From the NCBI GenBank assembly GCA_951406725.2, contig OX597832.1:8804001-8868000 (forward strand): a stretch of DNA of 64,000 bases. Direction: 5' to 3'. This document shows positions 40,781 through 54,221 of this stretch, one piece after another. Both the position numbers and the translations under genes were made by a program. Numbering within the stretch: the stretch's first letter is position 1; every line of letters begins with the position of its first letter. The stretch comes from Octopus vulgaris (lineage: Eukaryota). The notes under the pieces were generated by a model. That model saw nothing but the letters and a program-made list of their open reading frames with translations. It was not told the DNA's origin and ran no database searches.

Positions 40781-41524
40781 ATTTATATATGAAATTCTAT
40801 TTGATTTCCTTATCTGTATTGAGGTGTTGCAATTCTATATTTAATTCTGTAATGCACTCTCGTGTAGGCACACAAGAGGTAAAAGGATACAAACAAAACA
40901 ACGACGTATATATTTTATTATTCGTTATTTTTATTCAATTTACCGCTTTAAATATTCACACCATATTATTTATTTCCAATTTAATATTTGCATCGATTAT
41001 ATTTTTATCGATTAATATTTTTTTCCTACACCAGAGATATATTTTTTCTTCGTGTTACTTACAATTTATTTTTTTAAATCTATTTAACCTAATGTATTTT
41101 TCCGCAAGCAAAATACTATGTTCTCACCATATATTTATTTACCACCAATGCTAATAGAATATAATTCTTTGTTTTTTCTTTTTATTGTAAAATACGAAGC
41201 AATAAAAATATCGCAAATCATATAGAATATAAAAAAAAGAATATGGTAGAAAAAGCGTAGCTGTGATTTGACGTTGATCTGAAAATCACGGAATAATGAA
41301 GTAATTATTGATTTGTGCGGTACTCTTTGGAATTGTATTGCTAGCAGTAGATTCTTTCAATGGCTTGTCAAATTCATCTTCATTATCACCCAATTAAACC
41401 TTGATTGATTGACTGATTGATCGATTAAAAATTACTTCGCTCCTCTCTTTTGCCACTGTATGTAATAATATATTTCTTTTCTGCCTCTTCCCTCGCAGTA
41501 ATTCTCAATCTATATGTGCGATGG

Positions 41525-41576
<52 letters not shown>

Positions 41577-41585
41577 GTATATACA

Positions 41586-41635
<50 letters not shown>

Positions 41636-41789
41636 TAAGCACAGGCGTATATTTATGCTCGTACGTACTTAAAATTATTACACTTCAAAGTGGTGTATGT
41701 TCAGGATCAAACAATAATTAAATGCAAAAGGAGGCTACGATAATAATTAGAAACATTCCTCGTATTGCCAAAAGACCAATAGCTTTTAG

Positions 41790-42175
41790 GGGTGACGGTT
41801 AGTTGATTACATCGACTAGAGTACGTCACTGGTACTTTATTGAAACGGCCCTGAGAAGGTAAAAGGAACAGTAGGCTGTCTCTGAATCTGAACTCAGAGC
41901 GTATGAGTTACATGTGATGTTACTGAGACGTTTGTTGGTTTGCGGACGGTTCTGCCACTACACAAGCTTGAATGGTTATAAATTTGGCACAAGGCCAGTA
42001 AACATGAAATAGATATAAGCTGATTACATGGACTCTAGCGAGCAGCTGGTACTTATTTTAACAACCTTCAAATGGTAAGAGGAAATATCGAGCTCGGTGG
42101 GATTTGAACACAGGACATAAAAAAAATATGTTACTAATAATTTTTATCAATTACATTAACCAATCCACCACCTTG
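41790..42175 (-). mobile_element. Two tandem degenerate SINE family B copies
   Basis: gattacatcgac..ctggtactt..tgaactcaga and gattacatggac..ctggtactta..gggatttgaac: reverse-complement matches to 23201-23432. Confidence 0.65.
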
Positions 42176-42306
42176 CAACAATTAGCAGACCACTATTTTG
42201 ATAGCACAAGTTCATATTTCCCATCTATAATACTATATTTCTACGTTTACCCTTATTCCATATTGTAGCTCTCATCTGTTCACGCTTGAATGAGCGCAAT
42301 TAATTT

Positions 42307-42332
42307 TGTATATATATAAGTATGTATGTATG

Positions 42333-42363
<31 letters not shown>

Positions 42364-42438
42364 GTATGTATGTATGTATATATGCAGGTATATATGTATG
42401 TATGTATTTATGTAGGTATATATATATATATATATATG

Positions 42439-42502
<64 letters not shown>

Positions 42503-42575
42503 CACATGTGTACGTCTGTGTACACATGCGCACACATTGAGACACAAACATGCACACACCTATGTGTATGTGTGT

Positions 42576-42620
<45 letters not shown>

Positions 42621-42690
42621 TACACACATACATACATACGCACACACACACACACACATACACACACACACACACATATATATATATACA
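42307..42690. repeat. (TATG)n/(TA)n/(CA)n compound microsatellite
   Basis: Direct inspection. Confidence 0.95.
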
Positions 42691-43291
42691 TGAATGTGTT
42701 CGTATTATATTGTTTATCATGAGCTACATTTATATCAAAATAACACTGACCATCTGCCCTTGTCTGAATTTATCAAAGTACATTTCTCTCTAAATTAAGA
42801 AGCCCATTAATCAATTCTCTTTGTAATTATACGAATCTTCTAATTGTTCTCTCTCTCTCTCTCTCTTTCTCTCATATCCTTTCTTTACTCCTTCTCCTTC
42901 TTGTATTTTCTCTCTCACACACACGCTTACAAGCATATATGAATGCACATATACGCACACACACGCACCCACGCCACACACACGAACATATCCATGCACA
43001 CACTTACACACACATCAAGAGTCTCTTACACATATATTATACATGCATATGTATGTATGCTTTCATAGATTTTATTGACGTCATTAAAATTAATTTGATT
43101 AAATAATTACCTAGATTAAAAATGTCCAAATTATTCCGCAAACTTTATTAAATTTTATTAAATATTCTTTAAAGAAAAACCTTGATTAATATGAATTGCC
43201 TTCCTTTCAAAAGGTTCCGTAGGTAAAAATTGCCTAAAAAAATATAAAGCAATCGTTTTATACTATACTATTAGCGTATTTTCGAAATCTA

Positions 43292-43500
43292 TTGGGTTGG
43301 CAACTAAGTACCCGAGGATTCCTTAAAATTTTTGAATTTATTGTGTTTTTTAATTTTGGAATCTAATTTTTTCGAGAATTCTATTTTTGAATCATTCTGG
43401 AATCTATTTTGCATTTTTTTTTAGTTAATTTTTGTTTATTTTCAGATCATTAAAATGGAATTTCAAGTTAAGAAAAACGAGCATTTTCGACACCACCTTC
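43292..43500 (+). mobile_element. Mariner 5' end remnant (mellifera-subfamily-like)
   Basis: TA + TTGGGTTGGCAACTAAGTA TIR-like end, and ATG at 43455 giving MEFQVKKNEHFRHHL, a typical mariner transposase N-terminus. Ends in a 12-bp tandem duplication (ttcgacaccacc). Confidence 0.7.
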
Positions 43501-45354
43501 GACACAACCTTCGACACCACCAAGGTTCTAAGGTCGCAAAAGTTGCCCGCGACATTTGTAGCCGAGATCGTTGACATAGAGATAGAAAGATAGAGTGAAA
43601 ACACTTGAAGCTGAGGCCAGCTAGGCCTGGGGCGCCAGTAGCTAAAAATCTCTCGTATCATATCCTACTAAATAAACCATATTTCACATAATCGTGAAAG
43701 CATTAATCATGCAAAACGAGCTGGACTAATTTAATTTGGAATAAGTACTATCACAGGTTTGTTTCAGACAATCACTCTAGTAAATATACTTTTGTTAGAG
43801 TTTGTCATTGTTGTGACATGACCGTTGCCATCTTCCAGCCGTACATTTTATGAATAGTTTTCCTTTGTGTCCTCTTTAGCTGTTCCTATTGTGCTGAGTT
43901 AGATTATTGGTCCACTGCCTAACATTACTCTTTTCGGTCTGGGATCGCCATTCTACTATATACTTACCAAATTGAAGTGACAATTTTAAACTAGCGGATA
44001 ATGTACTCGGGCTACCAGAACAATGATTTCATAATAAGATTTCAAATGCATAACCCCGTCGGAATAAAGGAAAGCAGACCAAAACCTACATGCTGCATAA
44101 CCTTCATAACATGAAAGAGACAAATGTTACATGGCTGATGCAGAGGAAACATGTAGTCAAAAGAAACCAATGATGTTACCTTGCAGTGCAAATTTTTGAG
44201 GGCAAACTAATAATACACTTACTTACACTAGGTAGTAACTCTGTAGAATATATGTTATCGTAATAGTAATACTCGGGGGATTTGGATTCTACAAAATACT
44301 CAGGGGACTTTGTATTCTGTACAAGAATATGCTTTGTATATTTTCCAATTGAAGAACATACGCTGGACTTATTCTGGTTATTTCCACTATGTGTGACGTG
44401 ATATTTTAAAATGATTTCATTTACATTTCATCATAATCATCATTAATCCCTTAACTTTCACGGCCCACATGCTACTTATTTCAAGATTCATGTTTTCGAA
44501 ACATTGTATTCTATATATTTGTGTAAAAGAACAAGTACTTGTGCGTACATGAGAGTATGTAAGTGCACTTATTATGCATACAGTGTACATTCTGTGAAAT
44601 TTGTGAATGGTCAACAGTTTATGCTTATTTATATTTGCTATTGTTAGTGGCTCTGCCTTAGCGAATGGACTATGTGCTTCGGTGAGTGCGTCAGTATGTG
44701 TGTGTATAATAGTGTTCACGTCCAGCCACTTTATTGTTATTTAATTTCACATTAATTTTTATATTCGTTTGTGGGCAGATAATATTATTGTTCAGCTTTC
44801 ATATTAATATGTCAAGGTAATGAAGAACATCTCAACCCACACACGGTACTTCACTCAAACATAAGGTATATGAACACCCAACAACAAACAGACACCGATG
44901 TATGTTTAATAACATCTAGACCTACCCATTTTCCTGCTTCACTGGTAGTGGTGGTAGGAGCTTCTCCTATGTCCGCTGCAGTATTGTTCATGGAACAAAT
45001 TAATGCAAATATGTATATCTTTGACGATATATAAAGCTTATACATGTAGATTCGTAAACGATCGTATATAATGCATAGTGTTTTTAGATGCGTCGTGCGT
45101 GTACGTCGATCTCACTTTATATATCTGTGACTGAGTATGATGGCATGATGATATATAAAGATATAATAAAAAAGTAGAATAAAAAGTAAGAGTAAAATGC
45201 ATCAACCTTACCACTACAACGACCTACAATCCTATCCGCAAACGAAGCTACAAACTACATAATGTAGTATAGGAATTGATATATGTGTGGACACATATGC
45301 ACCTGCACGTGGATCTTAGCATTAAAGTGTCCGATGAGCGTGATGTCAATCAAT

Positions 45355-45786
45355 TATTCTCTTAAAAAACGACCTTTATTCTCTTGAAAACGACCTTTAT
45401 TCTCTTAAAAACGACCTTTATTCTCTTAAAAAACGCCGCCGCCGTGGTGATCTCATTCTCGCCCACAACATCATAAGCGGGAAGTGTAACCTCTCGAAAG
45501 AGCTGTTCTTCACTCCTGCTCCGGAGCGTCGGCTGCGGGGTCATTCCGAAAAGCTCTACCTGCGACAATTTCATCTCAATCGAAGGAGAGGAGCTTTCTC
45601 CGTCCGGGTTGCGGATCCGTGGAACAAACTGCCAGACGAGATGGTGAAGATGCCGACGACCGCTTTGTTCAAAGCCTCCCTGGACCTCAAGTGGCCTGAA
45701 CTCTTTACTTAACTCCATGTCCCCCTACATGGCCTTGCTATTTGCTTTTGAGCCAAATTAACTAACTAACTAACTAACTAACTAAT
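45355..45786 (+). mobile_element. CR1-clade LINE, 3' fragment with (AACT)n tail
   Basis: LYSLKKRRRRGDLILAHNII..RLRGHSEKLY..FSVRVADPWNKLPDEMV..FKASLD, stop ~45712, tail (aact)6, possible TSD aattat. Confidence 0.9.
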
Positions 45787-46026
45787 TATAGCGGTGCAAA
45801 TTTAGAGTACACCCCTCCCTACCAAATCATGATAAATATACATTGAGAGTAAACAAATATTGGTGTTTATGTGTATATGTATATTTATGTGTGTGAGGAG
45901 TGTATGAACCGAGAAAATTGATATTATTTGCATAGATTTTGTGTGCAATATAACAATTTGGTTGATAATATCGTTAGAATGTTTATGCACACACAAAATC
46001 ACATATATGTATATATATATATATAC

Positions 46027-46082
<56 letters not shown>

Positions 46083-46918
46083 ATATACATATATACATGA
46101 CTGTCTGTAAGTGTGTATGTGTGTGTACGTGCGTGAGTGTTTAATGCAAGCGGTGTGTCCACTAAACGGAACTGCATGCCATATCATCAAAGCTTTATTT
46201 TTATTGAGAGGAACAACTTCAGCGTCATAACTACATGCATACATAGTTTGGCTACATTGCAAAGAAAAAAAAAGACCGAAAGAATGGTGGCGGTTCACTA
46301 CAAAATCGATAATCAAGCTATTGTAATTTCAACGTTGTATTTCGACACTAATGTAAAATATTTCTGGCGTTTACTTCAAATGGATCTTACATGTGCGACA
46401 CAGGTCATAATAATGCCATATATTGATGCAGTATCTCTTGATCTCCAGACAGACTGAGAGTGAATAAGCTTAGACAAATTTGTGAATTATCTAAATAACA
46501 ATCAGAACTCTTCACATAATATTGTCAATTTGATAAGTATCTGCTAAAATGAAAAAATCAGATCCACCATCAAATTACACTGTGTAAACTGCCATACACG
46601 CTGGTTGTAATTTAATATTGATGAAAAAACATCAGTCTTCATATTTCCATTGTATTTTTTAACAACGTTTCACTGGAGATTTTATAAAATCTTAATGTAT
46701 ACATACGTATGCATCTGTGAATTGTTTGTCTTACGTTGAAGACAAAAGATATATTTTGCCTATAATGGAAATGTATTAGAAATTCGTTTATTTGTAATCT
46801 GCTGGAACCTTATGACATTTTAGTCAAACTAAAGGAAATATATATATATGTGTGTGTGTGTATGTATATATATATATATATACGTATATATGTATATATA
46901 TATATGTATATACATATT

Positions 46919-47031
<113 letters not shown>

Positions 47032-47063
47032 TTTATTTAAAGCAGCAGAAAATTCAACAAAAC

Positions 47064-47099
47064 CTGTTATTTGAGTTTCCGTTACCGTTCATCGGACAG
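47064..47099 (-). ncRNA. Minimal hammerhead motif, core CCGAUGA (inverted copy, slightly decayed)
   Basis: CTGT-CCGATGA-ACGGTAACG-GAAA-CTCAAA-TA-ACAG. Confidence 0.6.
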
Positions 47100-47115
47100 T
47101 TTTTGCTAGAAAAAA

Positions 47116-47153
47116 CTGTCCGATGAACGTTAACGGGAAACTCAGAGTAACAG
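47116..47153 (+). ncRNA. Minimal hammerhead motif, core CCGAUGA
   Basis: CTGT-CCGATGA-a-CG-ttaa-CG-g-GAAA-CTCAGAG-TA-ACAG: stem I CTGT/ACAG, GUA triplet. Confidence 0.72.
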
Positions 47154-47261
47154 GTTTTGTTGAATTTTCTGCTGCTTTAAATAAAGCATATATTATCTAC
47201 CACTGGTATTTGAGTACTCTTTTTTCCCACCTTCTTTCACATTCATGTGTTTACTCCGGTA

Positions 47262-47326
<65 letters not shown>

Positions 47327-47419
47327 ACATATGTATATATATATATATATACATATGTATATATATATATGTATAGTATATATATATGTATATATATATA
47401 TATATATACATATATATAC

Positions 47420-47455
<36 letters not shown>

Positions 47456-48107
47456 TTTAGTTTGACTAAAATATCATAAGATTGCAGCACAATACAAATA
47501 AACGAACTTTCTAATACATTTCGCTTATAGGCAAAATATATCTTTCGTTTTCAACGAACAACTCACATATGGTTACAGTGTCGTCCGTAGTATCCTCGGA
47601 AATGGGGCAGATCATCTTCGTGGAATCATTTCTTCAGGCGATATAGCATTAATGACTTTTTACCAGAGGAATGTTTATCCATTTTGACCAGTGTGAAGGC
47701 TAGTTGAATTTTGTGGGTATTTATGAGCTATGTTGATTTATTTTGCATCTACCACCACACGTATCTCCACCCCCATATAACCACCACTCCTTTCTTTCTT
47801 TCCTCCCATCACCTTCCCCTTCACCCCACTAAATACAAATAGATACCCACTTCAAGATTCAATTACTACTTTTTCAAAGGGATCTGATTCTTTCAAGCGT
47901 CCTGTGTTGGTATTCAGTTGAAGAATATATTTTAACATTTTAATTCCAATAGAATTCTGGTCTTATAACCACCTCTACTGATATTACGTGCTTTTAAAAT
48001 GTTTATTTAGATTTCAATTAATAATAACAGTTTTGTTTACATTTTGCTGTATGGCCAACATGTTCTGCGCAGAAGTTTTTTTTACTTATTTGAGATTTAT
48101 TTTCCCT

Positions 48108-48108
48108 A

Positions 48109-48162
<54 letters not shown>

Positions 48163-48175
48163 GTTGTTGTTGTTG

Positions 48176-48213
<38 letters not shown>

Positions 48214-48217
48214 GTTA

Positions 48218-48290
<73 letters not shown>
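48108..48290. repeat. (TTA)n/(TTG)n microsatellite
   Basis: Direct inspection. Confidence 0.95.
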
Positions 48291-48890
48291 CGCCTGTGCA
48301 CAGTTTCTAACGATGTGGGTTTTTTACTCGCTGTTCCTAGGGCTCCAAGAATTATTGCTATTACTACCACCTTTGTCATCAACCACAACTGCTTAACCTC
48401 CCACGCTAACCTGTCTTATCTATCGACTTTCCTTTCTCCCGTATTGCATACCTTGTTGTCAGCTGTGCATGCTATATCTATGATACGGCAAACTGGACTC
48501 TCTTACCTTTCACAAGAGATGACAAAAGGTAAGAGGGTCCAGTTTGCTGGACATTGTTGTAGAGCTGAAAAAGATGTAATTTCTACTCTTCTCCTCTGGA
48601 AGCCATCTACTCGCAAAACCAGAGGGCGCACACTCTCCTACCCTGATGTAATCTCCAGGGATACAGGCATCCAGCAACAGGACCTCCGTAATGCAATGAT
48701 GGACCGTGAAGTCTGGCGTAGCATGGTAAATTCCATTGTCTCGACCACGGTCAAACAATGATGATGATGAAGATACAGCAACCTTTGCTTTCTTTCTCAA
48801 TTAAGAATGTCTGGCTTCCAATTCTCTATCTCATGGTCGCACTGCATCATCAAAACCCACAGGATCTTTGCATTAACACATTCGATGATG
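48291..48890 (-). mobile_element. Decayed R4/Dong RLE LINE 3' end abutting (TAA)n, split by an RTE insertion
   Basis: Minus strand NAKILW..QCDHEIENWKPDI (48890-48812), then after the insertion IIDIAC..DRLAWEVKQLW..VVVIAIILGALG (48485-48335). May extend further towards ~49500. Confidence 0.8.
48486..48770 (+). mobile_element. RTE-like LINE 3' fragment with inverted 5' segment
   Basis: KGKRVQFAGHCCRA..LLLWKP..GRTLSYPDVISRDTG..AMMDREVWR, stop, (TGA)n tail, GATAC duplicated at both junctions. Confidence 0.85.
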
Positions 48891-49527
48891 TTTTTGGTTT
48901 TGCCAAATCCATATTTGTTGTCAATTGTATCTTTTCACCAGAGAAATTCTTGTTTACTAACTTGTTCAATTTCGAGGCATCTGTTCTATTCAGATCTTGT
49001 CTTAAAGTCTTCGCGTGGTTTTCTGATCTCCTTTTCCACATTTGCTCTTTTCTAAACTTCCATTGAGGAATACCTAATCTGATAGTAGCTACTACCCCTC
49101 CTGCATAGATCAATAAGTTAATGTCACCTATAGTTTTAGTATCTAATAACAGAATCTACTTTCCTTGTCACATATAGAATCGTATTTCTGCTGATGTCTG
49201 TTAATGCTGGCAATGTTTTACTTTTTCTGAAGTGATTGTTCCTGCAACTCTTCTAAAATCTGAAATTTTTTGCTAAATCTGTCACGGGTGCCAATTGTCC
49301 CTTCCTCACTGGGAGTACTATTAGTATTTTTTCTTTAGGCCCTTCTTTCCTTTGAACTCTATGCCTTACGTTGTTGTCTGTCTTTTCTACTTTTGGGTTT
49401 ATATTTCCAGTTCTCTTGCAATCCCTGACACCTCCAATTCTGTCATAGCATCAGCTCGGTCTACTAGTCATTCTCAGTTATTTTAAACAAACCCTTGTCT
49501 ACCCAAATTATTAGCATTAGTTTTCTA

Positions 49528-49712
49528 ATGGTAGTGGTAGTGGTGGTACTTCTAATAGTAGCAGCAGCAGCAGTTGCAGTAGTAATAGAGTAGTAGCAGC
49601 AGCAGCAGCAGTAGCAGTAGATGTAATAGTAGTAGTAGTAGTAGTAGTAGCAGTAGTAGCAGCAGCAGCAGTTGTGGTAGAAGTAGAAGTAGTAGTAGTA
49701 GTAGTAGTAGTA
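49528..49712. repeat. (GTA)/(GCA) compound microsatellite
   Basis: Direct inspection. Confidence 0.95.
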
Positions 49713-50550
49713 CTTTTAAAAAATGCATAAAACTCTGCAATGATTCCAACAAATAGCTATTCTGGATCATAAACATCATGCACGTATATATGTGTATATA
49801 TGAAATATCTTTTGATAACAATGATAATAATAATGTTAACAAGGACGACGTTCATGCAATTACTAGGAGTACTAGTAAATTTCTCCATGGTGTATTAAAA
49901 GATATTTATATTGTTCTTTTGATATATTTTAGATAAGGAGCCATAGTAATTTTTTTCTTTTGCTTTTTGAAATGCAACTTTTCTAAACTATTCTCTGTTT
50001 ATATTATAGATTCGAAAAATATAGATAACATTTTTATAAAAACGAAATTTAAAAATAAAAAAAATTATGAAATAATGTCAAATTCCTCTTAACACATATC
50101 CCTATTCATCTCCTATTTTTGTATTTTGTATTCAAATTTCGTTACCCGTCTTTCATGGCATCACATTCTCAAATGTATTTTCATTCATTGTTCTTTAACA
50201 GAGTAGAATTTTGTTCGTTGTTGCTGCTAATATTTTGTTTTATTCTATAATCATAGAGAGTTCTTGTATTTTCTGTTCTCGAAATATGACGTTTATTTGC
50301 CATTTTTCTTCTCAGTTTACAGTTGCTAGTCATTGGTAGACTGCATTTCTGATAAAATCATTCACGTTAAGGCCTTAACATCATTTTGGCCGAAACAGTA
50401 TCTACACCTGCATCATAAAGTAAGCTGACTCATTCTGTTAGAATAACATATACCTTACTGCTTCTACTATGAAACGCATTACAATAGGCAAAGTAGGCTC
50501 CCACTGATCTGTAGTTCTTATATTTCACAGAATTATTTTTCCTTCTGGGT

Positions 50551-51990
50551 TTCTCCCTTCCTGAAAGATGGTGCGGTGTTCCTCGTCTTATGTCCTAGTT
50601 CTCACTTCCTGAAAGATGGTGCGGTGTTCCTTGTCTTATGTCCTAGTTCTCACTTCCTGAAAGATGGTGCGGTGTTCCTTGTCTTATGTCCTAGTTCTCA
50701 CTTCCTGAAAGATGGTGCGGTGTTCCTCGTCTTATGTCCTAGTTCTCACTTCCTGAAAGATGGTGCGGTGTTCCTCGTCTTATGTCCTAGTTCTCACTTC
50801 CTGAAAGATGGTGCGGTGTTCCTCGTCTTATGTCCTAGTTCTCACTTCCTGAAAGATGGTGCGGTGTTCCTCGTCTTATGTCCTAGTTCTCACTTCCTGA
50901 AAGATGGTGCGGTGTTCCTCGTCTTATGTCCTAGTTCTCACTTCCTGAAAGATGGTGCGGTGTTCCTCGTCTTATGTCCTAGTTCTCACTTCCTGAAAGA
51001 TGGTGCGGTGTTCCTCGTCTTATGTCCTAGTTCTCACTTCCTGAAAGATGGTGCGGTGTTCCTCGTCTTATGTCCTAGTTCTCACTTCCTGAAAGATGGT
51101 GCGGTGTTCCTTGTCTTATGTCCTAGTTCTCACTTCCTGATAGATGGTGCGGTGTTCCTTGTCTTATGTCCTAGTTCTCACTTCCTGAAAGATGGTGCGG
51201 TGTACCTCGTCTTATGTCCTAGTTCTCACTTCCTGAAAGATGGTTCGGTGTTCCTTGTCTTATGTCCTAGTTCTCACTTCCTGACAGATGGTGCGGTGTT
51301 CCTTGTCTTATGTCCTAGTTCTCACTTCCTGACAGATGGTGCGGTGTTCCTTGTCTTATGTCCTAGTTCTCACTTCCTGAAAGATGGTGCGGTGTTCCTC
51401 GTCTTATGTCCTAGTTCTCACTTCCTGAAAGATGGTGCGGTGTTCCTCGTCTTATGTCCTAGTTCTCACTTCCTGAAAGATGGTGCGGTGTTCCTCGTCT
51501 TATGTCCTAGTTCTCACTTCCTGAAAGATGGTGCGGTGTTCCTCGTCTTATGTCCTAGTTCTCACTTCCTGAAAGATGGTGCGATGTTCCTCGTCTTATG
51601 TCCTAGTTCTCACTTCCTGAAAGATGGTGCGGTGTTCCTCGTCTTATGTCCTAGTTCTCACTTCCTGAAAGATGGTGCGGTGTTCCTCGTCTTATGTCCT
51701 AGTTCTCACTTCCTGAAAGATGGTGCGGTGTTCCTTGTCTTATGTCCTAGTTCTCACTTCCTGACAGATGGTGCGGTGGTCCTTGTCTTATGTCCTAATT
51801 CTCACTTCCTGAAAGATGGTGCGGTGTTCCTCGTCTTATGTCCTAGTTCTCACTTCCTGAAAGATGGTGCGGTGTTCCTCGTCTTATGTCCTAGTTCTCA
51901 CTTCCTGAAAAATTGTGCAGTGTTCCTCGTCTTATGTCCTAGTTCTTACTTCCTGAAAGATGGTGTGGTGTTCCTCGTCTTATGTCCTAG
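50551..51990. repeat. 48-bp minisatellite, ~30 near-identical copies
   Basis: Unit ctgaaagatggtgcggtgttcctcgtcttatgtcctagttctcacttc, no spacers, terminal copies most diverged. Confidence 0.97.
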
Positions 51991-52185
51991 ATCACCCTTT
52001 TATGGAAATTCAATATTTTTATACGATCAAGTTGTGATCTCTAAACTAACTCTAGGTCTGAGAATACAATATTTCTTTTGAATCTCTTTTCCTAACAAGG
52101 ATGTAGATATACCTGTTATAATTAAGAAGTACACCGATTAAATATAGACGCACTTGTTGCTATGTTCAATTATTAACAATTTTTA

Positions 52186-52610
52186 TGGCGGTGAGCTGGC
52201 AGAATTATTAGGCGGTGAAATTGCAGAAACGTTACTACGCAGGGCGAAAATCTTTACGGTATTTCGTCTGCCGTTACGTTCTGAGTTCAAATACCGCTGA
52301 GGTCGACTTTCATCTTTTCGGGGTCGATAAATTAAGTACCAGTTACGCACTGGGGTCGATGTAATCAACTTTATCTCTTTGTCTGTTATTGTCTGTCCAC
52401 TCTATGTTTAGCCCGCTGTCGGTAATAAAGAAATAAGAATTATAAGTAGGCATTTCATCTGTTCTTTACGTTTTTAGTTCAAATTCCTCCAATGTAGGCC
52501 TTGCCTTTTATCCTTTGGAGGTCCATGAAAAACGCTATGCACCGCGGCCAATGTAATGAACTAGCAACCTCTCAGAAAATTTCGGGCCTTTTGCTTACAG
52601 CAGGAATGAT
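52186..52610 (+). mobile_element. SINE family B full copy (52186-52440, duplicated head) plus a degenerate second copy
   Basis: ggcggtgagctggcagaa..ggcggtgaaattgcagaa, gagttcaaat, cggggtcgataaattaagtaccag, aataaagaaataa. Confidence 0.85.
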
Positions 52611-52832
52611 TATTTGAAACTTTTGTGATGATGAAATGGGCGACACACTCCTTAGTTCCGGGGACATTTCAGAGTAACGCACGAACACACATACACAACT
52701 ACTCGCTTTTGTATATACATACAGATATACGAGGTAGTAATATTTCTACGTGTGGAAGCATCCTAATATACACACATACAAGCACCCCTATATATATACA
52801 TATATACACACACACACACATATATATATATT

Positions 52833-52905
<73 letters not shown>

Positions 52906-54185
52906 AGCATAGGTAATCATTATTGGCACGTGATTCAGCATGGTACACATTGTGAGATATTGGATTTTCTACTCTATTATGTTTCCCTATCACTTTAGCA
53001 CCTTTGATATTACATCTGCCTTTCCTTTTCCCAGAAAACTATGCGCATCAGGATACAAATACTCTCTATAGATGTTTCATTGCCTCAAATTCGTTAAATA
53101 TTTGGTTTCTAAATTAATTGTACGTAGTATTCTTTGATTAATCACATTCTTTGTAGATATGTGTATTAGTTTCACGTTGTCAATGACTATATTATGGAAA
53201 GATTATTTAAGATATCACAAATCTATTTTCTTCAAATCCTTAGATTTACGAAGAATAAAAGAAAATTTCTGAAAAGTATCACCACGAGATAAAAGCAAAA
53301 TCGTGTATTTTTATGATAGTGTTTATTATAAATACTAATTAAAATATCTTTAGATGTAGTTTGTGGGCGACAACCGAGAGGGGTAAAGTGTACTGCTTCA
53401 AGTAACGACTGTATAGATATAGTAAATCTATATTTCAATTTATCTCTGTTATACATTGATATCTTCCCAGTGTAGCTGAATTAGTTGCGGTGGGAAATGC
53501 TTTTTGAGTTGTAACAAATGTCTGTGAAGATCTAGTAATATACACACATACAAGTATAAATACTTCATGCATAATTAAATACATACTACGAAACATATAA
53601 ACATACAAACATATACATACATACACGCATCCATACACACACACATACACATGTACACGTATACACACATACGTTTCGTACACGCACCAACGTACTTCTA
53701 TATGCCAGCTCTCTGTCTCTCACGTGCGCCCACACACACATGCAAACGCACATACATATACATACAATCACACAGACGGCCTCACATACGCTCATATACA
53801 TATATGTACACACACATACGCACACACATATGTACTCATACGAATATACACACACATAGATTCCCACTCCGTCATACGTACACATGCATACACATATACA
53901 CAGGCACAGCCACACTCTGTCACTCACACACATGTCACCTCTCTTGATCGCATCAAACACCAGCCACCAACATTCTCTGATCACACACCCATAGGTATAT
54001 CACTCACCTTAAACACAATCACACACACATATACTACTATACCAACACACACATTCTGGATATCATCATGTTCTCCTGCCACCCCCAAGCTCTTTCTCAA
54101 ACTCTTTCTACTTACGGTCGTTTCAGCAATATAACTACGCACGTGCTGTTTGTGATTATTTTTCCTATGGAATTTTTCGTTTTTC

Positions 54186-54221
54186 CTTTCCGACGAAGAG
54201 CTATGCTCGAAACGTCAAAAG
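54186..54221 (+). ncRNA. Minimal hammerhead motif (family H1 relative), core CCGACGA
   Basis: CTTT-CCGACGA-A-GAGC-TAT-GCTC-GAAA-C-GTC-AAAAG. The downstream ..agcg..actaatac.. resembles the H1 copies; preceded by a long CA-rich tract. Confidence 0.65.

Noticed and set aside
47988-48761. 257-aa ORF as a gene
   Set aside because: Chance fusion of (TAT)n, antisense Dong sequence and an RTE 3' fragment.
50365-50402. GGCC..GGCC-GAAACAGTA half-hammerhead
   Set aside because: No CUGANGA box and no stem I.
50551-51990. CRISPR array
   Set aside because: Contiguous identical units with no unique spacers, no cas genes, eukaryotic context.
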